Below, in pieces: positions 48,029 to 58,243 of a DNA stretch of 64,000 nucleotides. Under the pieces are notes generated by a model. The model was not told the origin of the DNA, did no database searches, and saw only the letters and a list, made by a program, of their open reading frames with translations. The stretch comes from Verrucomicrobiia bacterium (GTDB taxonomy: Bacteria > Verrucomicrobiota > Verrucomicrobiia > Palsa-1439), in assembly GCA_035516795.1 (NCBI GenBank), contig DATIZX010000088.1, positions 36,750-100,749 of the forward strand, in the 5' to 3' direction. Within the stretch, counting starts at the first letter, position 1; the number at the start of each line of letters is the position of its first letter. The position numbers and the translations under genes are program-made.

Positions 48029-49207
48029 ATGAGCATCAGAAGACCTGTTCCACTTGGCCTCAAAAAATCATTCGGCTTCGGTGATCGGCTCGGGCTGGCA
48101 ACAGCCGGCCACCTCGCCGCGGTTCGTAAGTTCGATTTTGCGCCAATTTTCGCCCAGCAATCCATCCGCGAGATGGAACGTACGCAGCGCACACCGCAGG
48201 AGGTCATGCAGGCGGCCGTTTCCGCACTCACCCGGCTGGACTATGAGCAGGCTTGGGGAGCCGATGCCGATCATTTAAAGCTGCCAGAGCACGTTGACCG
48301 AACCGCCGAAGCTGGGTTCTGCTTCTTCACGCTCGACCCATCGGAACACGTCGGTCGGGGCAAATTGACCCCGGAACTGGAAGGCATTTACCTGGGGAAA
48401 AAGTTTGAGGTGCCGGGGCTGCGTGCGGTGCAATTCGACCGCGCCTCGCTACAGCGCGCGGCGCAGAAGTACGCGGCTGCGCTGGAACACGTCGGCATGA
48501 TGGGACGTCACATTGCCAAGACCATGGACGACCGTCCGTTTGAGATTGAGGTCAGCGTAGATGAGACTGACGATCCGACCAGTATCGCCGAGCATTTTTT
48601 CATCGCCATGGAACTGAAACGCCACCAGGTGCCGAATCTGGTCAGCGTTGCACCACGTTTTATCGGCGAGTTCGAGAAAGGCGTCGATTACCGGGGCGAC
48701 CTGAAACAATTTGAAGCTTCTCTGCGCGAGCACGTCTTGGTCGCCCAACATTGTGGGCCCTACAAGATCAGTATTCACAGCGGCTCGGACAAGTTTGCCG
48801 TGTATCCGATCATCGGACGCGTCTGCGGCAATAAGTTGCACGTCAAGACCGCGGGCACGAGTTATTTGGAGGCGTTGCGCGTGGTGGCTCGAACCGATGC
48901 GAAATTGTTTGCTGAAATTGTTGAGTTTTGTCGGGGGCACTTCGAGAACGATCGGAATAGTTACCACATTTCCGCCACGGCCGAAACCGTCCGGGCTCTC
49001 CCGAAGTACAGCGGCCCAAAGGACGAATCGAAATTCTTGGACGAGGTTGTTGGTCGCCAATTGCTCCATGTGACGTTTGGGTCGGTGCTGACACATCCAA
49101 GTTTCAAGCCGCGAATTTTGGACCTTTTGCAGAAGCACGCGGATCTGCATTTGGAGTTATTGGACAAGCATTTGACCAAGCACATGGCCCTTTTGAACCA
49201 GGGCTGA
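48029..49207 (+). CDS. uxaE: Tagaturonate-fructuronate epimerase (UxaE family)
   Basis: SFGFGDRLG, FAQQSIREM, GADADHL, EIEVSVDET, FEKGVDY, SIHSGSDKF, HVKTAGTSYLEALR. Start uncertain. Confidence 0.9.
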   Translation: MSIRRPVPLGLKKSFGFGDRLGLATAGHLAAVRKFDFAPIFAQQSIREMERTQRTPQEVMQAAVSALTRLDYEQAWGADADHLKLPEHVDRTAEAGFCFFTLDPSEHVGRGKLTPELEGIYLGKKFEVPGLRAVQFDRASLQRAAQKYAAALEHVGMMGRHIAKTMDDRPFEIEVSVDETDDPTSIAEHFFIAMELKRHQVPNLVSVAPRFIGEFEKGVDYRGDLKQFEASLREHVLVAQHCGPYKISIHSGSDKFAVYPIIGRVCGNKLHVKTAGTSYLEALRVVARTDAKLFAEIVEFCRGHFENDRNSYHISATAETVRALPKYSGPKDESKFLDEVVGRQLLHVTFGSVLTHPSFKPRILDLLQKHADLHLELLDKHLTKHMALLNQG

Positions 49208-49412
49208 GAAGAACCGCGACAGCAGATCCTTGCTGTAGGAAGGCGACGAATCCGGTATGGTCGGTCCGTTTTGCGGTCTGCGATCCGCCGGGCCACATGC
49301 GAATTTGGCCAACCCCCCAAGAGAGAACACAATCGAGTTCATTTGCGGTTCAGGTTTCATGTCGTAGGTCGTTTCGTGTTAAGAATGGTATCTGTGCCTG
49401 AGGAGGTAACAA

Positions 49413-50876
49413 ATGAAACATGAGAAGAGCGCGTCGGAAGTGAAGGCCAAGCGGACGGGTGCCCCGTCCTCGCGGGCTGGCGAGTCGTTCTTGACCGAAG
49501 ATTTTCTGCTGCTGAACGACGTTGCAGACGAGCTTTATCACGAATACGCGGAGAACGAACCAATTTTTGACTATCACTGTCATCTTCCGCCGGACCAGAT
49601 TGCCTGCAACAAGACCTTTCGCAACCTGTACGAAATCTGGCTGGCAGGCGATCATTACAAATGGCGGGCCATGCGCTCCAATGGCGTCCCGGAGAAATAT
49701 TGCACGGGCGACGCCAGCGACTGGGAGAAATTCCTCGCCTTTGCCCGCACCGTTCCGCAGACCTTGCGCAATCCGCTCTACCATTGGACCCATCTGGAAC
49801 TGAAGCGCTTTTTCGGCATCAGCCGTTTGCTCGACGAATCCACCGCCAAAGGAATCTGGGATGAAGCGAATGAGAAGCTGGCCGGCATGCCGGTGCAACG
49901 GATTCTCGAGTCCAGTCGTGTGGCGGTGGTGTGCACGACGGACGATCCGACCGATTCCTTGGAGCATCACCAGAAAATCCGGACCGATGGCAAACTGAAA
50001 ACCCGCGTCTATCCCGCGTGGCGGCCTGATAAGGCGTTGGCGGTGGACAACCCGAGGGACTGGAACAAGTGGGTGGACAAACTCGGCGCGCCCGGTACTC
50101 TGGCTGATTTTTTGGTTGTGCTGAAAAGGCGGTTCGATTTTTTCCACAAGAACGGCAGCCGGCTCTCCGACCACGGATTGAATTTCGTGTTCAGTGAGGA
50201 TTGCACCGAAGCGGAAGCCGGCAAGGTCTTCGCGGCGGCGCGGGCCGGCCGGCGGGTTTCGTTGACGGAAGCCAACAAATTCCGCAGCTATCTGCTGCTG
50301 TGGCTCGGCGAACAATACGCCACCCGCGGCTGGGTGATGCAATTGCATCTCGGCGCGATGCGGAACAATAACTCGCGGATGATGCGGACGCTGGGACCGG
50401 ATACCGGTTTCGATTCGATTGGCGATTGGCCGCAAACGGAGCCGTTGAGCCGTTTTTTGGATCGCCTCGACAAGAATAACCGTTTGCCGAAAACGATTCT
50501 CTACAATTTGAACCCGGCGGACAATTACGCCTTCGCTACCATGCTGGGCAATTTTCAAGATGGCAGCGTGGCCGGCAAGCTGCAACTCGGCAGCGGTTGG
50601 TGGTTCCTCGACCAGAAAGAAGGCATGACGTGGCAGATCAACGCGCTTTCGAATCTCGGCCTGCTCAGCCGCTTCGTCGGCATGATCACGGACTCGCGTA
50701 GTTTCTTGTCGTACACTCGACACGAATATTTCCGACGGTTGCTCTGCAATATGATCGGTCAGGATGTTGCCAACGGCGAACTGCCATGCGATATGAAATT
50801 GCTGGGCACGCTGGTTCGCAATGTTTGCTACGAGAATGCCCGGAATTATTTCGGACTCGAGCCCGGCACGCTATGA
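49413..50876 (+). CDS. uxaC: Uronate isomerase
   Basis: FDYHCHL, GDHYKWRAMR, NPLYHWTHLEL, CTTDDP, WWFLDQ, TDSRSFLSY.RHEYFRR. Confidence 0.97.
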   Translation: MKHEKSASEVKAKRTGAPSSRAGESFLTEDFLLLNDVADELYHEYAENEPIFDYHCHLPPDQIACNKTFRNLYEIWLAGDHYKWRAMRSNGVPEKYCTGDASDWEKFLAFARTVPQTLRNPLYHWTHLELKRFFGISRLLDESTAKGIWDEANEKLAGMPVQRILESSRVAVVCTTDDPTDSLEHHQKIRTDGKLKTRVYPAWRPDKALAVDNPRDWNKWVDKLGAPGTLADFLVVLKRRFDFFHKNGSRLSDHGLNFVFSEDCTEAEAGKVFAAARAGRRVSLTEANKFRSYLLLWLGEQYATRGWVMQLHLGAMRNNNSRMMRTLGPDTGFDSIGDWPQTEPLSRFLDRLDKNNRLPKTILYNLNPADNYAFATMLGNFQDGSVAGKLQLGSGWWFLDQKEGMTWQINALSNLGLLSRFVGMITDSRSFLSYTRHEYFRRLLCNMIGQDVANGELPCDMKLLGTLVRNVCYENARNYFGLEPGTL

Positions 50877-50970
50877 CGGCGTGGCTGTCCCGAGAATTGC
50901 GGTTGATTTTCCACGGCGGATTCCGTAAACAGGCGTATCTGCGAGTTTTCGCAAGCTCTGAAAGGAAGGC

Positions 50971-51828
50971 ATGTCAGTTCCAATTCAAGTGAATCTGAAA
51001 AATCAGGTGGCCGTCATCACCGGGGGCGGCGGCATTTTATGCAGCGTGATGGCCGAAGCACTGGCGGAGTGCGGGGCCAAAGTGGCCATTCTGGATCTGC
51101 GACCGGAGTTCGCCCAAAAGGCGGCGGATGGCATCAATAAAGCCGGCGGGACGGCTCGCGCGTTCGCCTGCAACGTGCTGGAGAAGGCCAGTATCGAGCA
51201 GACGCACGAGCAGATCAAAAAGGCATTCGGACCGGTAGATATTCTGATCAACGGTGCCGGTGGCAATCATCCCAAGGGCACAACTTCGAAGGAGTTTCTC
51301 TCCGTCGCCGACGTCACCAACAAGACCGAGGGAATAATGACGTTTTACGATTTGACGGTGGACGGCGTCCAATTCGTATTCAACCTGAATATCATTGGTA
51401 CGTTTCTCCCGACGCAGGTGTTCAGCAGAGATATGGTGCTCAAAAAACACGGGAACATCATTAACATTTCGTCCATGAACGCCTTTAAACCGCTTACCAA
51501 AATCCCGGCTTACAGCGCCGCGAAAGCCGGCGTCAGCAATTTAACCCAGTGGCTGGCCGTGCACTTCTCGAAGGTCGGCGTGCGCGTTAACGCTTTGGCG
51601 CCCGGCTTCTTTTTGACGGAACAGAACCGTACCCTCCTGACGCAACCTGACGGCTCGCCCACCGCGCGCGGCAACACAATCATTTCGCACACCCCGCAGG
51701 GTCAATACGGCAAGCCCGAGGACTTACTGGGCACGTTGCTGTGGTTGCTCAGCGATGAAGCGTCGGGATTTGTCACCGGCCAGGTCATCGCCATCGATGG
51801 CGGTTTCAGCGCGTTCAGCGGCGTCTAG
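50971..51828 (+). CDS. SDR oxidoreductase, UxuB-II-like fructuronate/D-mannonate oxidoreductase
   Basis: TGGGG.L, INGAGGNHP, NISSM, PAYSAAK, APGFF; follows uxaC. Confidence 0.82.
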   Translation: MSVPIQVNLKNQVAVITGGGGILCSVMAEALAECGAKVAILDLRPEFAQKAADGINKAGGTARAFACNVLEKASIEQTHEQIKKAFGPVDILINGAGGNHPKGTTSKEFLSVADVTNKTEGIMTFYDLTVDGVQFVFNLNIIGTFLPTQVFSRDMVLKKHGNIINISSMNAFKPLTKIPAYSAAKAGVSNLTQWLAVHFSKVGVRVNALAPGFFLTEQNRTLLTQPDGSPTARGNTIISHTPQGQYGKPEDLLGTLLWLLSDEASGFVTGQVIAIDGGFSAFSGV

Positions 51829-51883
51829 CAAGTTCGAGTATGGTGTTGTATGCAAATGAGACATTCAATCAAGGAAATTATCA

Positions 51884-53341
51884 ATGACTACACCACAATC
51901 TGATATTGGCCTGATCGGCTTGGCCGTCATGGGTGAAAACGTTGCCCTCAACATCGAAAGCAAAGGATTTCCCATTTCCGTGTTCAACCGCACGGTCTCC
52001 AAGGTGGATAATTTCATCAATGGCCGTGGGCAGGGAAAGAAGTTCTTCGGCGCGCATTCTCTAGAGGAATTCGTCGCATCGCTGAAGAAGCCGCGCAAGG
52101 TTTTCATGCTTGTCAAGGCCGGCAAAGCTGTGGACGAGTTGATCGACCACTTGCTCCCTTTGCTCGAACCAGGCGACATCTTGATCGATGGCGGCAACAG
52201 CCATTTCCCCGACACCATTCGCCGCACGCAATACGTCGAGAGCAAGGGACTACTTTACATCGGCACGGGCGTCTCTGGCGGCGAGGAAGGCGCGTTGAAG
52301 GGCCCGTCGTTGATGCCCGGCGGCAGCCCGGCCGCATGGTCGCACGTAAAAAATATCTTTCAGGCGATCTGCGCCAAGACTTCCGATGGCGAACCCTGCT
52401 GCGATTGGATGGGCGAGAACGGCGCCGGCCATTTCGTCAAAATGGTCCACAACGGCATCGAGTACGGCGACATGCAGCTGATTTGCGAGACCTACGACTT
52501 GATGAAGCGCGGTCTGGGCATGACCAATCAGGAAATGCACGAAGTGTTCGCCGAGTGGGACAAGGGCGAGCTTGACAGCTATCTCATTAAAATCACGCGC
52601 GATATTTTGGCCCACAAGGATGAGGATGGTAGGGAAGTGGTGGACCTCATTCTCGACGCCGCTGGCCAAAAAGGCACCGGCAAGTGGACGGTTGTCGCCG
52701 CGCTCGACGACGGAATGCCGCTGACGTTGATCGGCGAGGCGGTGTTTGCTCGTTGTCTGTCTGCGATAAAGGAAGAGCGCCTGGTTGCGTCTCAAGAAAT
52801 CAAAGGGAAGGTCGGTACGTTCAAGGGCGATAAGCAGAAATTCATCAAGGACCTGCGCGCCGCCCTGTACGCGTCAAAGATCGTCAGTTACGCCCAAGGT
52901 TACCAACTCATGCGCGCCGCCGCCAAGACGTACAAGTGGAACCTCAACTACGGCGGTATTGCTCTCGTCTGGCGCGGTGGCTGTATCATCCGTTCGGTCT
53001 TCCTCGGCGAAATCAAGAAGGCGTTCAAGCGCAATCCCGATTTGGTCAACCTGTTGCTCGACAAGTTCTTCAAGAAAGCCGTCAGCAGTCGACAGACGGG
53101 TTGGCGCCGAGTGGTCGTCCAGTCCGCCAAGCTCGGAATCCCGACGCCGTGCATCTCTTCGGCACTGGCGTATTTCGATGGTTATCGGAGCGAGCGGCTG
53201 CCGGCGAACCTGCTCCAAGCACAACGCGATTATTTTGGTGCTCACACCTACGAGCGCGTGGACAAGCCGCGCGGTCAGGCTTTCCATACGAATTGGACCG
53301 GCCACGGCGGCACGACCACTTCGCAGACGTACACGGTTTGA
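51884..53341 (+). CDS. gnd: NADP-dependent decarboxylating 6-phosphogluconate dehydrogenase
   Basis: [56 protein letters not shown]. Confidence 0.97.
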   Translation: MTTPQSDIGLIGLAVMGENVALNIESKGFPISVFNRTVSKVDNFINGRGQGKKFFGAHSLEEFVASLKKPRKVFMLVKAGKAVDELIDHLLPLLEPGDILIDGGNSHFPDTIRRTQYVESKGLLYIGTGVSGGEEGALKGPSLMPGGSPAAWSHVKNIFQAICAKTSDGEPCCDWMGENGAGHFVKMVHNGIEYGDMQLICETYDLMKRGLGMTNQEMHEVFAEWDKGELDSYLIKITRDILAHKDEDGREVVDLILDAAGQKGTGKWTVVAALDDGMPLTLIGEAVFARCLSAIKEERLVASQEIKGKVGTFKGDKQKFIKDLRAALYASKIVSYAQGYQLMRAAAKTYKWNLNYGGIALVWRGGCIIRSVFLGEIKKAFKRNPDLVNLLLDKFFKKAVSSRQTGWRRVVVQSAKLGIPTPCISSALAYFDGYRSERLPANLLQAQRDYFGAHTYERVDKPRGQAFHTNWTGHGGTTTSQTYTV

Positions 53342-53356
53342 TGGGCCACTAGGAGG

Positions 53357-53403
53357 CGCGGGCCGCTGGGATGGTGCGATAACCCAGCGGCCCGCGTTTT
53401 TTT
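53357..53403 (+). terminator. Rho-independent terminator after gnd
   Basis: 14-bp perfect stem CGCGGGCCGCTGGG/CCCAGCGGCCCGCG followed by T7. Confidence 0.85.
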
Positions 53404-53460
53404 CGTGTGTTTCGAGCGTTCTGCGGTTAGAACCTTTTTGTAGCTTTGGAGGGATGAGGC

Positions 53461-54573
53461 ATGCCACTGAAACTTCGTGATAAATACACATACGACCAGC
53501 TTTCGCTCGGAGAAATCATGTTGCGACTCGACCCCGGCGAGGGACGCATTCGCACTGCCCGCGAGTTCAAAACCTGGGAAGGTGGCGGCGAGTACAACGT
53601 CGCTCGGGGCTTGCATAAATGCTTCGGGCTTAAAACTGCCGTGTGCTCCGCTTTCGTCGACAACGAAGTCGGCCACCTCATCGAAGATTTCATCATGGAA
53701 GGCGGTGTTGCCACGGATTTCATTCTCTGGCGGGCCGACGACGGCATCGGCCGGACGGTTCGCAACGGGTTGAACTTCACCGAGCGTGGCTTCGGCATTC
53801 GCGGCGCGGTCGGCGTGTCGGATCGTGGTCACACTGCTGCCAGCCAGCTTAAGCCTGGAGATTTCAACTGGGACAGGATTTTCGGTGAGATCGGTGTCCG
53901 TTGGCTGCATACCGGCGGCATCTTTGCGGCATTGAGCGAAACGACCGCCGCGCTCGTGATCGAAGCGGTCAAGGCGGCCAACAAACACGGGACGATTGTC
54001 AGTTACGATTTGAATTATCGTCCGAGCCTTTGGAAGAGTATTGGCGGTCCGGCCCGGGCGCGCGAGGTCAACCGCGAGATTGCAAAGTATGTGGACGTGG
54101 TGCTTGGCAACGAGGAGGATTTTACCGCCTGTTTGGGGTTCGAGGTCGAGGGACTCGGTCCCAACATTACCAACATCGAGACCGAGGCTTTCAAGAAAAT
54201 GATTCAGAAAGTGGTGGCCGAATACAAGAATTTCAAGGTCGTGGCGACGACGTTGCGCAAGGTGGTCACCGCGACGAAGAACGACTGGAGCGCGATCTGT
54301 TGGGTGCGAAGCCGCACGGGCACTGAGGATGGCAAATTCTATGAGAGCCGGAAGTATCCAGAGTTGGAGATTCTGGATCGAGTCGGCGGTGGCGACAGTT
54401 TTGCGAGCGGCCTGATCTACGGCCTGATGAAAACCGGCGATCCACAGAAGGCCGTCGATTACGGTGCCGCCCACGGCGCGCTTGCCATGACCACGCCCGG
54501 CGACACCTCCATGGCCACGCTCAAGGAGGTTGAGAAAGTCATGGGTGGCGGAAGTGCAAGAGTGCAGAGGTAA
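53461..54573 (+). CDS. kdgK: PfkB-family sugar-acid kinase (KdgK-like)
   Basis: GEIMLRL, GGGEYNVA, SYDLNYRPSLW, GNEEDF, DRVGGGDSF. Confidence 0.88.
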   Translation: MPLKLRDKYTYDQLSLGEIMLRLDPGEGRIRTAREFKTWEGGGEYNVARGLHKCFGLKTAVCSAFVDNEVGHLIEDFIMEGGVATDFILWRADDGIGRTVRNGLNFTERGFGIRGAVGVSDRGHTAASQLKPGDFNWDRIFGEIGVRWLHTGGIFAALSETTAALVIEAVKAANKHGTIVSYDLNYRPSLWKSIGGPARAREVNREIAKYVDVVLGNEEDFTACLGFEVEGLGPNITNIETEAFKKMIQKVVAEYKNFKVVATTLRKVVTATKNDWSAICWVRSRTGTEDGKFYESRKYPELEILDRVGGGDSFASGLIYGLMKTGDPQKAVDYGAAHGALAMTTPGDTSMATLKEVEKVMGGGSARVQR

Positions 54574-54584
54574 AGAGGAAAGCT

Positions 54585-54643
54585 TTGAACAGAAGGCAAC
54601 AAAGGGAACGAAGTCTTTGTTAACTTCGTTTCTTTCTGTTCAA
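54585..54643. repeat. Imperfect long hairpin of ~9-nt units after kdgK (possible terminator)
   Basis: TTGAACAGAAGGCAACAAAGGGAACGAAG...CTTCGTTTCTTTCTGTTCAA. Confidence 0.6.
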
Positions 54644-54693
54644 TCAGTTGCCGGTGCCGTGAGTCGTTGTCGGTGTGACCTCACGCGGCGCGA

Positions 54694-54716
54694 CGCAGGC
54701 TGAAGCCTGCGGCTAC
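54694..54716 (-). repeat. Single GTAG-type REP copy
   Basis: Reverse complement GTAGCCGCAGGCTTCAGCCTGCG; one mismatch from the 44080 copy. Confidence 0.85.
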
Positions 54717-54845
54717 GACAGCTTCTTTCTGTTCGTCATTCCAAGCTTGTCGAGGAATCTGACGCTTACTAGACTGCTGGCCCGTGAGCGTTGATACATC
54801 TGCCCGAACCACCGACGGAGCAAGTCGTAAGGGGAGGCAAACACT

Positions 54846-55376
54846 ATGACAATAGGCGAAGCAGGTGCTAACAAACTCGACCGGAATTCAGATGAGCCTG
54901 AAAGACTTGCTCCCGTGAAAGACGGAAACTGGTTTTGCCCTTCTTGCGGCGGGGTAAATCCAGAGATCAACGTCGTCTGTCGTGATTGTGCTCAGCACGT
55001 CCGTCATTCGGAACAACCAGCCTTACGAGAGACAACGGCTGAGATGAATACAACCCACGGATCCGGAGGTAAGCAAAAGAAAATTACTGTGTTTGCGATT
55101 GGTATTATCTTTGCCTTCGTAGCAATACTGGCAGCAATGGTAATGAAGGCGAATGATAACTCCGAGAGCGCGAATCCTAGCTCACCGCCTTCAAGCAGAA
55201 GCTTCATTGCAGAAATCGAACTACAAAACCAAAGAACAAGAATTGAAGCTACTCATGATATTGCGGCAGTAACGGCAACCATCGCCGCTCTTGTGTCGGT
55301 TGGCTGTTTCTTGGTGCATCTCACGAGTGGGAAGGCCACATCGAAAGAAGTCGAAGGAAACCGAAATGAAGATTGA
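54846..55376 (+). CDS. Hypothetical membrane protein with a Zn-ribbon (W.C..C...N.....C..C)
   Basis: WFCPSCGGVNPEINVVCRDC plus two hydrophobic segments; visibly more AT-rich than the flanks. Confidence 0.55.
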   Translation: MTIGEAGANKLDRNSDEPERLAPVKDGNWFCPSCGGVNPEINVVCRDCAQHVRHSEQPALRETTAEMNTTHGSGGKQKKITVFAIGIIFAFVAILAAMVMKANDNSESANPSSPPSSRSFIAEIELQNQRTRIEATHDIAAVTATIAALVSVGCFLVHLTSGKATSKEVEGNRNED

Positions 55377-56445
55377 ACTAAAGAAGAACTGCAAATATGC
55401 GCTGGTGGTGCCGTCGAGCATGGGGATTCGAATCACGCCACCGAACGGGCAGCCGGTGCATTGCGCCGCGTCGTATATGATGCAGGCGACCAGCGCGGAG
55501 ACGAACGTGGTGAGCGTGTCGTCGTTTCTGGGGCTGCCGGTCAAGGTGCTGACGACGTTTGTCAAAGGCAGTCCGATTGCGCAGTTCATCAAGGACAACC
55601 TCAAGAGCCGCAATATCGACTATGAGGGGGTCGAGGTTCCGCAGGGCGGGCCGTGGGGTTATCGGCATCAGTTCAATATCGCCGACAGCGGTTACGGTTC
55701 GCGGGGGCCCCGCGTGTGGAACGATCGCGCGGGCGAAGTCGGACGGACACTGAACGTGAAGGATTTCGATCTGGACCGGATCTTTGGCAAAGAAGGCGTG
55801 CAGATCGTCCACCTGTCGGGCTTGATCGGCGCGTTGTCGCCCGAAACAGGGAAGTTTTGCCTGGAACTGGCGCGAGCGGCGAAGAAGCATGGCACGCGGA
55901 TTTCGTTTGATCTGAATTACCGTGCGTCGTTCTGGAAAGGACGCGAGAAGGAACTCTCCGCCATTTTTGCCGAGATTGCGAGCCTGTCAGACATCTTGGT
56001 TGGCAACGAGGAAGACTTCCAGCTTTGCCTTGGCATCCAAGGTCCCGAAGCTGGCGGGAAGGGGCTCAAGTCGAAGATTGACGGTTTCAAGGGGATGATC
56101 GAACGCGTGAAGAAAGCGTATCCAAACGCCTCGACATTCGCCACGACACTGCGGGAAGTCGTGGATACGAACCACCATCTCTGGGGCGCGATCATGGCGG
56201 CAGGCAAGGACTGGCACGTCGTCGAGCCGCGCGACATCACGGTTCTCGACCGCATCGGCGGCGGCGACGGATTCGTGGGCGGCATGTTGTATGCGATCCT
56301 CAAGGGCTGGGAGCCCGAGAAATGGGTGCAATTCGGCTGGGCTAGCGGCGCGCTGGCAACTACGCTCTTGACCGATTATGCGCAACCCGCGGACGAAGAT
56401 CAGATTTGGAGCATCTGGAAGGGTAATGCCCGCGTGCAGCGATAG
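55366..56445 (+). CDS. Second, divergent PfkB-family sugar-acid kinase
   Basis: SAETNV, SFDLNYRASFW, GNEEDF, DRIGGGDGF; the N-terminal GE motif is replaced by PSSMG. Confidence 0.88.
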   Translation: MKIELKKNCKYALVVPSSMGIRITPPNGQPVHCAASYMMQATSAETNVVSVSSFLGLPVKVLTTFVKGSPIAQFIKDNLKSRNIDYEGVEVPQGGPWGYRHQFNIADSGYGSRGPRVWNDRAGEVGRTLNVKDFDLDRIFGKEGVQIVHLSGLIGALSPETGKFCLELARAAKKHGTRISFDLNYRASFWKGREKELSAIFAEIASLSDILVGNEEDFQLCLGIQGPEAGGKGLKSKIDGFKGMIERVKKAYPNASTFATTLREVVDTNHHLWGAIMAAGKDWHVVEPRDITVLDRIGGGDGFVGGMLYAILKGWEPEKWVQFGWASGALATTLLTDYAQPADEDQIWSIWKGNARVQR

Positions 56446-56520
56446 GTGGGGAATTGGGTAGTGGCACAGTTTGAGAATTGTAGCGGCGGTTTGCCGCCCC
56501 CAAGAGCCCTCGGCCTCTCC

Positions 56521-57459
56521 TTACGTCGAGTATGACCGCCAAGCGCGCTTGCGCCTGAGGAGCGGCCAAAACATCAGTACTCCGGCAGCGACAAGCCCGA
56601 ATGTCCTCGGCTCGGGTATCAGGATTCCCCCGGTGACGCCGTCGGGCGTCACCGTCACCTCGACGGCGAAGAAGTCGTGTTCCGATCCAGGAGCGTCAGC
56701 CCCGGGCAGGTCTTGTTCATCGGAATAGTTCAACTCGAATGCCGTAAAAAAAGTGCCCGTTGTAGAGGCGTCCACGTCGACCTGAAACGGAACGCCGTTC
56801 AACGGGTCGTCGCTGGCGACTTCGTCGTCAAACGGCTGCAACGTGATCGTGATCTCCGGGTCCCCAAAGGCCGTGATGCTATCCAGGTCCATCTCGGCGG
56901 TCGGCGCCATCGGATCATTAATCATATTCGGGGCGTACGCGGCAAAAGTTTCGCCGCCCCCGGTGGCGCCGAATGCCAAGGGGTCAACGCTAGGCTCTGC
57001 GGCCTGCGGGATCTGCGATGACAACGCGACAACGTTTCCCCCAAGGACAAATGCCGGCTTGGCGTGATCCATGACCACGATACTGCCGGATCGCGTGAGA
57101 CTCCCCCCCGTGCCCGTGTCGGTGGCGGTGACGCTGACCGTGTAAGTCCCGGCGCTCGTCAGAGCAGAGTTGAAGGCGAAAGGCAACGCGATGTAGCCTG
57201 TTCCGTCGTCGGCGTCTTTCGTACCGGAATAGGCGGACGGAACACCGTACGGAAAAGTGGCATAGACGCTGAAATTCACGGGGTCCGAACCGCTCGCGGC
57301 CGTGTTATAAATGTAAGCCGTGACGGGGTCTTGATACCCTTGGAGCACCGTTGCATACTGGATCTGCGATAACACCGCCAGTTGCCCCGGATCGGCATAA
57401 GCCGCCACCGATATGGAAAGCGACAACGCCAGCAGATTGATGAACCCGACCCGATTCAT
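56521..57459 (-). CDS. PEP-CTERM sorting-domain protein
   Basis: Signal peptide; C-terminal IPEP-hydrophobic-RRKR. Confidence 0.85.
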   Translation of the reverse strand: MNRVGFINLLALSLSISVAAYADPGQLAVLSQIQYATVLQGYQDPVTAYIYNTAASGSDPVNFSVYATFPYGVPSAYSGTKDADDGTGYIALPFAFNSALTSAGTYTVSVTATDTGTGGSLTRSGSIVVMDHAKPAFVLGGNVVALSSQIPQAAEPSVDPLAFGATGGGETFAAYAPNMINDPMAPTAEMDLDSITAFGDPEITITLQPFDDEVASDDPLNGVPFQVDVDASTTGTFFTAFELNYSDEQDLPGADAPGSEHDFFAVEVTVTPDGVTGGILIPEPRTFGLVAAGVLMFWPLLRRKRAWRSYST

Positions 57460-57623
57460 TCCTCTCACCTGAAGGCGGAGCGTATTCTGGGGTGAGCCAG
57501 AGATCAAGGAAAATCGGCGTTTGGTTTTCGATGCGAAGGTTTTTCACGCTTGGCTTGTCGAGGCCCTCCCTCCGCGCTACACTTTCCGGCGCGGCGAACG
57601 AGAACGGACGACCACGCATTTCT

Positions 57624-58118
57624 ATGAAACAGGTACTTTGCATCCTTGCGCTGGCTCTAATTGGTGCTGCCAACGCCCAGGAAGCCTCGAAGCGGCCATC
57701 ACTGATTCAGTGGGAGCCCTATGATTGTAGTAAGCCGCTGATGTTGCCAAAAGGCCAATACGACGCTTCTCAATTCGGGAAAGGGGAATACCGGATTGAC
57801 AACGCAATGTCGGTCGGCCACTTCAACAACATCTACATCATCTTTCAGGCAACCAACTCTCTGAGTCCGGCCTCGGTGGCAGGGGCGACTGAATCGACCT
57901 TCACCATCAAGGATCAAAAGGTTACGTGGCGGAGCTATAAAACCGTAATCGAAGGTCGGTCCGTAATTCGCCAAGAAGCGCTGATGCCAAATACGCTCCC
58001 TCACGAAAGGAAAGGGGCGGGTTCGGATTACATCTGGATTCGGATCGATGCGGATTCGCACAAGATCCTCGACCGTCTGACACCTGTGGCCGAGGGCATC
58101 CTTCGCGATGCTTCTTGA
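57624..58118 (+). CDS. Hypothetical secreted protein
   Basis: MKQVLCILALALIGAANA signal peptide. Confidence 0.65.
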   Translation: MKQVLCILALALIGAANAQEASKRPSLIQWEPYDCSKPLMLPKGQYDASQFGKGEYRIDNAMSVGHFNNIYIIFQATNSLSPASVAGATESTFTIKDQKVTWRSYKTVIEGRSVIRQEALMPNTLPHERKGAGSDYIWIRIDADSHKILDRLTPVAEGILRDAS

Positions 58119-58243
58119 GTCTCGGTTGGTGACGGATGCGAGGTTCGGCTCGCTGGTGGTGAATTCGGCGCGCTTGTAAATACGGAAGACGATGTGTAAT
58201 TTACACGTGCTGGCTCAAGACAGACCATAGAGAAAGATTAAGC

